Positions 53,700 through 62,186 of a stretch of DNA of 64,000 bases are shown in pieces (the stretch's first letter is position 1; each line of letters starts with the position of its first letter). The stretch covers positions 53,357 to 117,356 of the forward strand of contig CAVWKE010000003.1 in assembly GCA_963755555.1 (NCBI GenBank), in the 5' to 3' direction. The stretch comes from Vulcanimicrobiota bacterium (GTDB taxonomy: Bacteria > Vulcanimicrobiota > Vulcanimicrobiia > Vulcanimicrobiales > Vulcanimicrobiaceae). A model generated the notes under the pieces. The model saw nothing but the letters and a program-made list of their open reading frames with translations, had not been told where the DNA came from and did no database searches. A program made the position numbers and the translations under genes.

Positions 53700-54710
53700 T
53701 CATCGCCAGGGCTGCCAGCCGTCGTCGCAAACCTGGTCGAAGAGGTCGCGCCGCTCGGCGTAGGGCATCGATTCCGCCCGGTCGGTAGCTTCGTTCGCTT
53801 CCTCGAGGATGGAACGCTTCAAGGCCTCGACCGTTTCGGCCGTCAGGATCCCGCGCTCGAGCAAGAGCGCTTCGAACCGCGGGACCGGATCGTCCCGCCG
53901 GCGCGCCTCGACCTCCGCTCGCGGCCGATAGGTGCGGTCGTCGTCGTCGGTCGTGTGGGAGAGGAATCGATAGCATTTGGCTTCCACCAGGCTCGGGCCG
54001 CCGCCCGATCGCGCGCGGTCCATTGCCTGCTTGACGGCCTCGTAACAAGCGATCGGGTCCATGCCGTCAACGGCTACGCCCGGCATGCCGTAGCCCTCAG
54101 CCCGCTTGTAGATGTCGGGCTCGGCCGTTTGCTTGGAGAGCGGCGTCGAGATCGCCCACTCGTTGTTCTCACAGAGAAATACGATCGGCAGGTGCGCGAC
54201 GGCCGCAAAGTTGAGCGACTCGTGCCACTCACCTTCGCTGGTGGCGCCGTCGCCGAACGTCGTCAGCACGGCGCGGCCGCGTTCGCCGCGGTACTTCAAG
54301 GCATAGGCGGCGCCCACGGCATGCGGAAGCTGGGCTGCGATCACCGAGCTGATCGTGTGCAGCCCGAGACGACGGCTGGCGTAGTGATGTGGAAATTGAC
54401 GTCCTGCCGAGTGGTCCGCGTTGCGGGCGAAGAGTGACAGGAGCACCTCGTAGGGCGTCAGGCCGATCCCGAGATCGAGCCCCAAATCACGGTAGTACGG
54501 GACGAGGATGTCCTTGCCGCGCTCGAAGGCCATTGCCGCCCCCGCCTGAACGGCCTCGTGCCCCTCACTCGCGGACGCAAACGGAATCTTCCCCTGCCGG
54601 TTGAGCTGGAAGCCGCGGCTCTCGAGCATCCGTTGCATGAGCATGACGCGGAACATGGCGACCAGCTGGTCGTCGGAGAGCGCCTTGGGTTTGGTCGAAG
54701 TATCGGGCAC
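53700..54710 (-). CDS. 2-oxoacid dehydrogenase E1 component, alpha subunit (copy 2, promoter-proximal paralog)
   Basis: ThDP motif TTFGDGATSEGEWHESLNFAAVAHLPIVFLCENNEWAIST. It is collinear with copy 1 along its full length. Confidence 0.9.
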   Translation of the reverse strand: MPDTSTKPKALSDDQLVAMFRVMLMQRMLESRGFQLNRQGKIPFASASEGHEAVQAGAAMAFERGKDILVPYYRDLGLDLGIGLTPYEVLLSLFARNADHSAGRQFPHHYASRRLGLHTISSVIAAQLPHAVGAAYALKYRGERGRAVLTTFGDGATSEGEWHESLNFAAVAHLPIVFLCENNEWAISTPLSKQTAEPDIYKRAEGYGMPGVAVDGMDPIACYEAVKQAMDRARSGGGPSLVEAKCYRFLSHTTDDDDRTYRPRAEVEARRRDDPVPRFEALLLERGILTAETVEALKRSILEEANEATDRAESMPYAERRDLFDQVCDDGWQPWR

Positions 54711-54810
54711 GAGAGTATCGGTAGTCGCCCTCCTCCGCGCCTAAATCCTGCGCGCAAGGTATCCGCCGGGCGAGCCCCCGAACCTGGCTTGCGATCGTGA
54801 GCGAGTTCGA

Positions 54811-55977
54811 TTGAGCGATTTGCCGGCAACCGGCGCTTGGCGGGACGAGTTGGTGCGGTATCGCCGGCATTTCCACGCGCACCCGGAACTTTCGCTCGAG
54901 GAGTTCGAAACGGCCGCATTCATCGAGCGCGAGTTGCGCTCGAGCGGATTCGAGCGCATTCGAACGGGGATCGGGAAAACCGGAATCTTGGCAACGCTGG
55001 AGGGCGGCTTGGCAGGCCCGGTGACGCTCCTGCGTGCCGACATGGACGCGCTGCCCGTAGTGGAGCTTGCCCAGGCCGAGTACCGCTCGACGCGCGAGGG
55101 CGTGATGCACGCGTGCGGACACGACGGCCATATGGCGATCCTGCTCTCGGCGGCCCGGTTCCTCAACGCACGCCGCGCACAGGTTGCGGGCACGATCGTA
55201 TTCTGTTTTCAACCGGGTGAGGAAGGTCCGGCCGGAAACCGGCTGATGATCGCCGACGGAGCGCTCGAGAACCCGCACGTCGACCGGACGTTTGCGCTGC
55301 ATCTCTACAGCGGACTCGAGGTGGGCCGCGTCGGGATTCGCGACGGTCCGTTCTTTGCGTCGTCCGACCGTTTCAGAATCGGGCTGATCGGCAAGGGCGG
55401 CCACGGCGCGATGCCGCAGACCGCCGTCGACCCGATCGTCGGTGCCGCGCAGCTGGTGACGTTGCTGCAGACGATTTCCAGCCGCGAAGTGGCTCCGAAG
55501 GATCCGGTCGTGCTGACCGTCGGGTCGCTGCACGCGGGCACGACGTTCAACGTTATTCCGGACCGCGCGGAACTGGCCGGCACGGTCCGAGCCTACGACG
55601 ACGGCGTCCGCCGCGCGTTTCCACAGCGAATCGAACGCATGGTCGAGGGTTTGTGTGCGGCGACACGTTTGGATTACGAGTTCGAATACGATTGGGGCTA
55701 TCCGCCGACGGTCAACGATCCGGCGGCGAACGACGTCGTTCGCAAGGTCGCCCGTGCGGTCGTCGGGCCGGCAAACGTCGTCGATCCGCACGAGATCGTC
55801 ATGTGGTCCGAAGACATGGCGTACATGCAAGAGCAGCGCCCCGGGGCGTATTTCGTCGTCGGCGTGCGCGGACCCGAAAAAGGGGTAGAGCCCCAGCACA
55901 GCGCGCGCTACGATATCGACGAAGGCGCGCTCGAAGTCGGCTTCCGCATGATGACCGGGATTGCGCTAGACGCTTAA
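54811..55977 (+). CDS. M20-family amidohydrolase (N-acyl-amino-acid amidohydrolase/hippuricase-like)
   Basis: YRRHFHAHPELSLEEFETAAFI, LRADMDALP, MHACGHDGH, FQPGEEG and GKGGHGAMP blocks. TTG start. Confidence 0.85.
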   Translation: MSDLPATGAWRDELVRYRRHFHAHPELSLEEFETAAFIERELRSSGFERIRTGIGKTGILATLEGGLAGPVTLLRADMDALPVVELAQAEYRSTREGVMHACGHDGHMAILLSAARFLNARRAQVAGTIVFCFQPGEEGPAGNRLMIADGALENPHVDRTFALHLYSGLEVGRVGIRDGPFFASSDRFRIGLIGKGGHGAMPQTAVDPIVGAAQLVTLLQTISSREVAPKDPVVLTVGSLHAGTTFNVIPDRAELAGTVRAYDDGVRRAFPQRIERMVEGLCAATRLDYEFEYDWGYPPTVNDPAANDVVRKVARAVVGPANVVDPHEIVMWSEDMAYMQEQRPGAYFVVGVRGPEKGVEPQHSARYDIDEGALEVGFRMMTGIALDA

Positions 55978-56315
55978 CCTTCGGTTTCGGTGACCGTGAG
56001 GACCCAACGGATCGCGCGTGCGTACTGTTCGAGTTCGCGCAGCGATCGCTGGACGAAACGGGAGCTTTCGTCCTCGGCCGCGCCGGCGCGGCGGCGCCGC
56101 TCGAGATCGGCAGCGAACGCGAGTCCGGCGCCGAGCTGCGCTTCCACGCTCGGCCAATCCTCGCGCAACGCGCGCTCGGATGCCTCCCCCAACCGAGCGA
56201 TGACCGGGGGCGCAGGATCGGCGGGGTGGCGCAGTGCGTACTCCAATCGCGCGAGCGCGTACTGGTTTCGCGCCGCGATGAACGAACCGAGAAGCTGCAC
56301 CAGCCGAACATCCAT
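55974..56315 (-). CDS. Hypothetical small helical protein (weak call)
   Basis: These are the last 113 codons of the 705-aa antisense track ORF. This is the only part not overlapped by a confident plus-strand gene. It has high GC3 and a helix-rich sequence. No family recognised. Confidence 0.3.
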   Translation of the reverse strand: MDVRLVQLLGSFIAARNQYALARLEYALRHPADPAPPVIARLGEASERALREDWPSVEAQLGAGLAFAADLERRRRAGAAEDESSRFVQRSLRELEQYARAIRWVLTVTETEG

Positions 56316-56423
56316 CGCGACGACGCTTCTGGCGTAGGCTGCGAAGCGCCTACGGGCGAAAGGTGCCCCGAATCTGAGTGGTTTTCTTACGTCGGTCGCC
56401 GAGTAGGCGACGGGGAGGTTCGT

Positions 56424-57662
56424 TTGGCCGGTTCGGACGTTCGCAGATACGTCATCGTCGGAAACGGCTTTGCGGGAACGACCGCCGCCGAGCAGCTGCG
56501 CAAGCACGACCCGTCCTGCGAGATTACGCTTTTTGGCGACGAGCCGTACACGCTCTACAATCGGATTTCGCTGCCGCCGATGCTCCGCCGGCAAATTCCC
56601 GAAGCCAAGGTGATGATTCGCAACCAAGCGTGGCACGAAGAGCACCGAATTGCCCTGCAGCTGCGCACGCGCGTCGAGCGCGTGATTCCTCAAGAGCGGA
56701 TCGTCGAGGCCGGCGGCAAGGCCTATCCCTACGACGCTCTGCTGATTGCTACCGGCGGCCGCCCCAACCCCACTGGTAAACCCGGGTCGCAAGGAGCGGG
56801 GAATCTTTTCCCATTCCAATATCTCGACGATACGCGGGCGATCTCCGAGCAGATCGACCGTAGCCGGGCCGCGGTGGCAATCGGCGGCTCGTTCATCGCT
56901 TACGAACTGGCCGAGGCGTTTTCGTCGCGCGGCGTAGAGACGCACTGGCTGATGCGCGGTCCGCGGGCGCTCCATCGCTATATCGACGAAGCCGCCGGCG
57001 AGTTGCTGCACGACGCCGCCAGCGCCGACGGCGTGCACATGCACTATGGCGAAGAAGTCGAAGAGTTCGTGCGCTCCAACGGGGTCGTCACTAAAGTTCG
57101 CACGACCACCGGGAGAGAGATCGAAGCGCAGTGCTACGGTTACGGGTTCGGCCTTACGATGAACACCGACCTCTGCGAGGGTTCCGGAATCGAAACGAGC
57201 CAAAACGGGATTCTGTGCGACGACCGTCTCGAAACCAACGTCAAGGGTGTTTTTGCGGCGGGCGACGTCGCCGATTTTTACGACCCGATCCTCGAAATGC
57301 GCTACCGAATGGGCACCTGGAACAACGCCGGCGCGCACGGAAAGGTCGCGGCGATCAATATGATCGGCGGCAGCGAGAAGTACCACGACGTGCCGGAGTA
57401 TTCGTCGCTGCTCTTCAAGGGGCAGACCATCACGCACTTCGGGATGGGGACGGACTTGCGGTCCGACCTGGAGATCGTCCGCAAGGTCGATCGCGAGAAA
57501 AAATGGTATCGCGCGTTGTTTTTCTGGCAGGACCGTCTGGTTGGAGGGTTGATGCTGGGAAAAGGCAACCGCGCGGGCAAGCGTAAGTACATCGAAGCGA
57601 TCAAGGAAAAACAAACGTTTCCCAAGCCCGAATGGCAAGCCATGCTCGACTGGACCGCGTAG
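56424..57662 (+). CDS. FAD-dependent pyridine nucleotide-disulfide oxidoreductase family protein (ferredoxin/rubredoxin-reductase-like)
   Basis: YVIVGNGFAGTTAAEQL (GxGxxG), LLIATGGRP, AIGGSFIAYELA (second Rossmann fold), FAAGDVA. TTG at 56424 is preceded by GGGGAGG at 56412-56418. The 669-aa track ORF is over-extended. Confidence 0.8.
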   Translation: MAGSDVRRYVIVGNGFAGTTAAEQLRKHDPSCEITLFGDEPYTLYNRISLPPMLRRQIPEAKVMIRNQAWHEEHRIALQLRTRVERVIPQERIVEAGGKAYPYDALLIATGGRPNPTGKPGSQGAGNLFPFQYLDDTRAISEQIDRSRAAVAIGGSFIAYELAEAFSSRGVETHWLMRGPRALHRYIDEAAGELLHDAASADGVHMHYGEEVEEFVRSNGVVTKVRTTTGREIEAQCYGYGFGLTMNTDLCEGSGIETSQNGILCDDRLETNVKGVFAAGDVADFYDPILEMRYRMGTWNNAGAHGKVAAINMIGGSEKYHDVPEYSSLLFKGQTITHFGMGTDLRSDLEIVRKVDREKKWYRALFFWQDRLVGGLMLGKGNRAGKRKYIEAIKEKQTFPKPEWQAMLDWTA

Positions 57663-57716
57663 GCCCGCGAGCTTGCAGGAAGGCCCGTCGGCGCCGCCTT
57701 GCGAAAACCGCGGCCG

Positions 57717-58259
57717 ATGAAGTGGAAAATCGTAGCGGCGTTCGTCTGCGCTGCGTTCTCGGCGGCCGCAGCCGCTCCGGCGGCGTCGCCGGCTCCCGCG
57801 GCGAGTCCGGCGCCCGTCGACGACGCGACGCAAAAGACGCTCGCGGCGAGTTACGCGCTCGGATGTACGGCAGCGTTCGCCCCGACCGACGCTAATCTCG
57901 ACGCGGCGTTTGGCAACCTCGCGCCGGCGTTCGTCAACATCGATCCCACGGGTCGCCAGACTCCGCGCGACGACGTCGTGGGCTTGGCCAAACAACAAAT
58001 GAAAATGCTCAAGGCCAAGAGTTGCGATCACACGATGGAGTCGTTCACGCAGAGCGATCCCACCACGATCGTCGTCGTAAACGTCCTGCACGTCGTGGGT
58101 ACCTTACAGGGCCCGGACGGCGCGCACGATTTCGATCTGACCGACCGGGCTTCGGACACGTGGAAGAACGCCGCCGGGAAGTGGCAGGAAGTGCAAAGCA
58201 AGGATTTGCACGTGATCGTAAAGATCGACGGCAACGTCGTCCAAGAACTGGGTTCGTAA
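57717..58259 (+). CDS. Secreted NTF2-like (DUF4440/SnoaL-like) protein
   Basis: Signal MKWKIVAAFVCAAFSAAAAAPA followed by an Ala/Pro linker. The C-terminus ...DRASDTWKNAAGKWQEVQSKDLHV is typical of NTF2-like folds. Confidence 0.55.
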   Translation: MKWKIVAAFVCAAFSAAAAAPAASPAPAASPAPVDDATQKTLAASYALGCTAAFAPTDANLDAAFGNLAPAFVNIDPTGRQTPRDDVVGLAKQQMKMLKAKSCDHTMESFTQSDPTTIVVVNVLHVVGTLQGPDGAHDFDLTDRASDTWKNAAGKWQEVQSKDLHVIVKIDGNVVQELGS

Positions 58260-58358
58260 AGAGAGCCTTCGATTTCGGAGAACGCATCGCGCTTCGGCGT
58301 TCGCCCGGCAGCCGCCGGCGACGAGCCGTTCCTTCGCAGTCTTTTCGAACGCGAGCAC

Positions 58359-59126
58359 GTGCGAGGGCGGCTCCATCCACCCGTTACGTTTGATTTCGCC
58401 AGGGGCGAGCAGTACGTAATCGAACGCAACGCGCGAGCGTTTGGCGTGCTCGCGTTGGACCTCGAAAGCGAATGGCTGTTAAACCTTCGTGCGCTGGCAG
58501 TTTGGGAGCTGCGATCGGGTGCGGGAAGGTTTGCCCTAAAGTTTACGATCGCTCGTGCATTCGACGAGTTGGGCGCACGCCGCATATTTCTGGAAGTGTT
58601 GGAGTCGAACGCGCCCATGCGGGGGTTGTGCGAGGCAATGGGAATCGAGCCTGAAGGATTGTATCGCGACGGCTATCGCGACGAATCTGGGTCGTTTCAC
58701 AACCTCGTTCCGTACGGAATGGTACGAGAGGACGCGCGACCGGGTGGCGCCGCGGCTGCAGCGAGTGAAATTGCCGCAGTCGATCACGTCCAGGTTGCAA
58801 TACCGGCCAGCGGAGAGCGTGCAGCCCGTATCTTTTACGTCGATGCGCTCGGGTTTGTCGAACAAGCAAAGCCGCCGGAACTCGCGAGCAGGGGCGGCGC
58901 GTGGCTGCGCGCGGGCGCGGCCTCCGTTCATCTGGGCGTCGATCCGGCGTTTCATCCCGCGACCAAGGCACACCCGGCGCTGCGCTGCAGAAACTACGAC
59001 CGTCTTATCGAAAGATTGCGCGCACTCGACGTCCCGATCGTCGCGGATTCGCAGCGCTTCCAGGGGCGCCGCCACTGTTACGTGGCAGATCCATTCGGAA
59101 ACCGGATCGAACTCATCGAGGGATGA
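58359..59126 (+). CDS. GNAT acetyltransferase fused to a VOC (glyoxalase/bleomycin-resistance) domain
   Basis: GNAT core ...WELRSGAGRFALKFTIARAFDELGARRIFLEVLESNAPMRGLCEAMGIEPEG. VOC domain VDHVQVAIP...ARIFYVDALGF...HLGV...HPALRC...HCYVADPFGNRIELIE. The frame is open from 58260 and looks coding there, but the first canonical start is GTG at 58359. Confidence 0.65.
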   Translation: MRGRLHPPVTFDFARGEQYVIERNARAFGVLALDLESEWLLNLRALAVWELRSGAGRFALKFTIARAFDELGARRIFLEVLESNAPMRGLCEAMGIEPEGLYRDGYRDESGSFHNLVPYGMVREDARPGGAAAAASEIAAVDHVQVAIPASGERAARIFYVDALGFVEQAKPPELASRGGAWLRAGAASVHLGVDPAFHPATKAHPALRCRNYDRLIERLRALDVPIVADSQRFQGRRHCYVADPFGNRIELIEG

Positions 59127-59138
59127 TCCGGGCGCCGA

Positions 59139-60170
59139 TCAGCGGGATATTGCGCGGGTGAGGGCTTGGGCGAATTTCTCGACGTCCTGCGGGGTGGTGG
59201 CCCAATGCGTCATCCACCGAACTTCGGGAAGCGCTTCGTCGAAGACGTAGAAGAAGAAGTCGCGCTGCGCGCGTTCGATGGCGGCGCGCTCGAGCGTGGC
59301 GAAGATCGCGTTGACTCGCACGGGGCGCGTGATGCGGATCCCGGGAATCTCGGCGATGCGCTCGTGCAGAAGCGCGGTCATCGCGTTGGCCGCTGCAGCG
59401 TATTTCAGCCAGCGGCCACCGTCGAGAAGGGCTTCGAACTGGGCGCTCACGTAGCGCATTTTCGAGGCGAGCTGCATGGCTTGCTTTTGTACGAAAGGGG
59501 CAGCACCGGCATGGAGCGATGGTTCGAAGAAACAGATCGCCTCCCCGAGCATCATCCCGTTCTTCGTTCCTCCGAAGGTCAGGACGTCGACCCCCGCGTC
59601 GACGGTGAGCGCGCGGGGCGTCGTGCCCAGCGCGGCGGCGGCGTTGGCGATGCGCGCCCCGTCAACGTGAACGAGCAAGCCGTGCCGGTGCGCGAACGCG
59701 CACAGTTCTTCGATTTCGTGCCGCTCGTAAAGGCCGCCGAATTCGGTCGCTTGCGAAATCGAGATGGCGCGCGGCTGCGGGAAGTGGACGCCGTGCCCGG
59801 CATGGAGATACGGCTCGACGTCTTGCGGACGAAGTTTCCCGTCCGCGGTCGCGATCGGAACGACTTTGGACCCGCTGAAGCGTTCGAACGCACCGCATTC
59901 GTCGGTCTGTAAATGCGCGGTGGCCGGACACAAGACGGCTTCCCACGGCCGCAGCAGCGAGCTTAGTGCCGCAACGTTTGCGCCCGTCCCGTTGAACGCG
60001 AAATACACCTCGGTCGAGTCGCCGAAGTGCTCGCGGAATCGCGCCGTCGCGCGCGCCGTCCACTCGTCGTCTCCGTACCCGACCGCATCGCCTACGTTGG
60101 CTGCGAGGATCGCCTCGAGGATCTCGGGTGCGACCGGAGCGTTGTTGTCGCTGGCGAAGGAACGTCGCAC
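59139..60170 (-). CDS. ltaE: Low-specificity L-threonine aldolase (PLP, beta-eliminating lyase family)
   Basis: FASDNNAPVAPEILEAI..., GYGDDEWT, FNGTGANV, LTFGGTKNG (PLP lysine). Confidence 0.85.
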   Translation of the reverse strand: MRRSFASDNNAPVAPEILEAILAANVGDAVGYGDDEWTARATARFREHFGDSTEVYFAFNGTGANVAALSSLLRPWEAVLCPATAHLQTDECGAFERFSGSKVVPIATADGKLRPQDVEPYLHAGHGVHFPQPRAISISQATEFGGLYERHEIEELCAFAHRHGLLVHVDGARIANAAAALGTTPRALTVDAGVDVLTFGGTKNGMMLGEAICFFEPSLHAGAAPFVQKQAMQLASKMRYVSAQFEALLDGGRWLKYAAAANAMTALLHERIAEIPGIRITRPVRVNAIFATLERAAIERAQRDFFFYVFDEALPEVRWMTHWATTPQDVEKFAQALTRAISR

Positions 60171-60185
60171 GGTGGCCTTCCGATC

Positions 60186-61562
60186 CTATAGCTCGACGGT
60201 CGTGCCGCGCTGCGCGACTTCGGCAGGCCAGCCGAAGGCGGCGTGGGCGAGGGTCGCCACCGCGGTAGCCGACTCGACTTCACCGTGGACGGCGTAGAGG
60301 TGCGGTTTCGACGGGCAGGTTGCGAACCAACGCCGGAAATCGGACTGATCGGCATGCGCCGAAAAGCCTGAGAGGTGGACGATTTTGGCTAAGATCGGCA
60401 CCGTGTCGCCGTAGATGCGCACGCTGTGGGCCCCGTGAACGAGCAGATAGCCTAAGGTTCCCGCGCTTTGATAACCGGGGAAAATGACGGTCGCGCGCGG
60501 GTCGGATAAGTGGTTGTGCAGGTGGTGGAGGATGCGTCCGCCGGCCGCCATTCCGGAAGCGGAGACGATAACCGCCGAACCGGTCAACGCGTTGAGCTCC
60601 TTCGACTCTTCTGTCGTCACGTGCAGCGTGAAGTTGCGTACGCCAAACGGCGTGGCGGCGCCATCGTGCGGAATCGGCCGGTGCGCGTCGGGAAATTCGG
60701 CGAACAGCCGGTCAACTTTAGCGGCCATTGGGCTGTCGAGGTGAATGGGTAAGCGCGCGATGCGTTCGTCGCGCTCCTGAAGTTGAGCGAGCGTCAGCAG
60801 CATGTCTTGCGATCGCTCGACGGCAAAGGCGGGAATGACGATCGGTCCGCCGCGATCGATCGCCTCGACGAGCGCCCCCAACAGCGCCGCGGAGGGGTCG
60901 GGGGGGTGCATCCGGTCGCCGTAGGTGGATTCGCTCACCAGGACGTCCGCCGGACCGATCGGGTCCGGATCGTACAACAACGGTCGTTGGTAGCGGCCGA
61001 CGTCGCCCGAGAATACGACGCGTTTATCGCCGAACTCCACGGCGACGAAGGCGGAGCCGATGATGTGACCCGCGTTGTGATACGCCCCGGTTGCAACGCC
61101 GCACAAATCGAACGGCTGCGCGAGCGGGACCGGACGCACCAGGCGCATCGTAGCGACGACGTCGGCCGGTTCGTAGTACATCGGTGGTGCGTGCGGCCGC
61201 TCGTGATGGAAGCCCCGGGCGTGCAGTTCCTGCTGGAGGTGGGCGGCGTCGTCGAGCACGATCTGCATCAGCGCTTGCGTCGGGGGCGTGCAGTAGACCG
61301 GCCCGGCGAACCCGTCGCGAACCAGTTTGGGAAGGTAGCCGATGTGATCGAGATGTCCGTGGGTGATCACGACGGCGTCGATTTCTTTGGCCGGGACCGG
61401 CAGCGGGACGTCGTTGAGCGCGCGAACGTCGACCACCCCTTGAAACAGGCCGCAGTCGATAAAGATGTGCCGCCCGTCGAGGGTCAGCAGATGTTTGCTG
61501 CCGGTAACGGTTCCGGCGGCGCCGACAAACGTGAGTTCGGTTACGGCGAGTTTGTTAGCCAC
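60186..61562 (-). CDS. MBL-fold beta-CASP family RNA-metabolising nuclease
   Basis: VVITHGHLDHIGYLP (HxHxDH), FSGDVG, ESTYGDR, beta-CASP body, C-terminal LSGFSAHAD and YAVHGE motifs. Confidence 0.85.
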   Translation of the reverse strand: MANKLAVTELTFVGAAGTVTGSKHLLTLDGRHIFIDCGLFQGVVDVRALNDVPLPVPAKEIDAVVITHGHLDHIGYLPKLVRDGFAGPVYCTPPTQALMQIVLDDAAHLQQELHARGFHHERPHAPPMYYEPADVVATMRLVRPVPLAQPFDLCGVATGAYHNAGHIIGSAFVAVEFGDKRVVFSGDVGRYQRPLLYDPDPIGPADVLVSESTYGDRMHPPDPSAALLGALVEAIDRGGPIVIPAFAVERSQDMLLTLAQLQERDERIARLPIHLDSPMAAKVDRLFAEFPDAHRPIPHDGAATPFGVRNFTLHVTTEESKELNALTGSAVIVSASGMAAGGRILHHLHNHLSDPRATVIFPGYQSAGTLGYLLVHGAHSVRIYGDTVPILAKIVHLSGFSAHADQSDFRRWFATCPSKPHLYAVHGEVESATAVATLAHAAFGWPAEVAQRGTTVEL

Positions 61563-62172
61563 GAGTCTCCTGCGTTACGGCGGGGCGGCGAATTTGGTAT
61601 TCGGCGTTACGGTTAAAGGCTAAAGCGCTTGGGATCGCGCGCTGGGTATGAATCTCCAACAGGCGGCCGATCAGCGCTTCGGGTTTGCGGTCGGTTACGA
61701 GGATCGATCCGGTGTCTTTCTGCACGAGGTCCGCGATCCGCGGAAGTTCGTTGCTGATCCCGCCCGAGTCGAGCAGCACGCCGATCAGCTTGCCTTCGTC
61801 GTAGGCGATGCAGAACTCGCCCAACGTGCCGCTGCGCCCACCGACGAAAACGACGAAATCCGAGCTATGGATGTTGTGCGTCTCGCGTCCCATCAAACCC
61901 GAGCCGGTAAAGACCATGGTCGTGTACGGTTGAAGCGGCGACCCATAGACGTTGACGTGCTCCTCGCGCGACAGCGCCGGGGAAATTCCCAGGCTGACGC
62001 CGCCGGCCGCGTGGGCTTCGAGCACCGCCGCATGCGGCAGCCCCGGGCACGCACCGGTGACGATCGTGCAGCCCAGCTCCGCAATGCGGCGCCCGATGCG
62101 ACGGGCCAGCACCAGCTCTTCCGGGGAAATTCTTCCACCGGCCGACCCCATGACGCCGATTTGCACGTTCAT
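61555..62172 (-). CDS. TIGR00725-like LOG/SLOG-superfamily Rossmann protein
   Basis: IGVMGSAGG, IVTGACPGLPHAA, and VFVGGRSGTLGEF (the PGGxGTxxE-like LOG motif). The 3' end overlaps the beta-CASP gene start by 8 nt. Confidence 0.7.
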   Translation of the reverse strand: MNVQIGVMGSAGGRISPEELVLARRIGRRIAELGCTIVTGACPGLPHAAVLEAHAAGGVSLGISPALSREEHVNVYGSPLQPYTTMVFTGSGLMGRETHNIHSSDFVVFVGGRSGTLGEFCIAYDEGKLIGVLLDSGGISNELPRIADLVQKDTGSILVTDRKPEALIGRLLEIHTQRAIPSALAFNRNAEYQIRRPAVTQETRG

Positions 62173-62186
62173 GGGTCGAACGATGC

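Noticed and set aside
56316-58091. Upstream part of the 705-aa minus-strand ORF 55974..58091
   Set aside because: It overlaps the confident plus-strand FAD-oxidoreductase and NTF2-like genes. Only the last 113 codons (55974..56315), which fall in an otherwise unassigned gap, were kept as a weak CDS.
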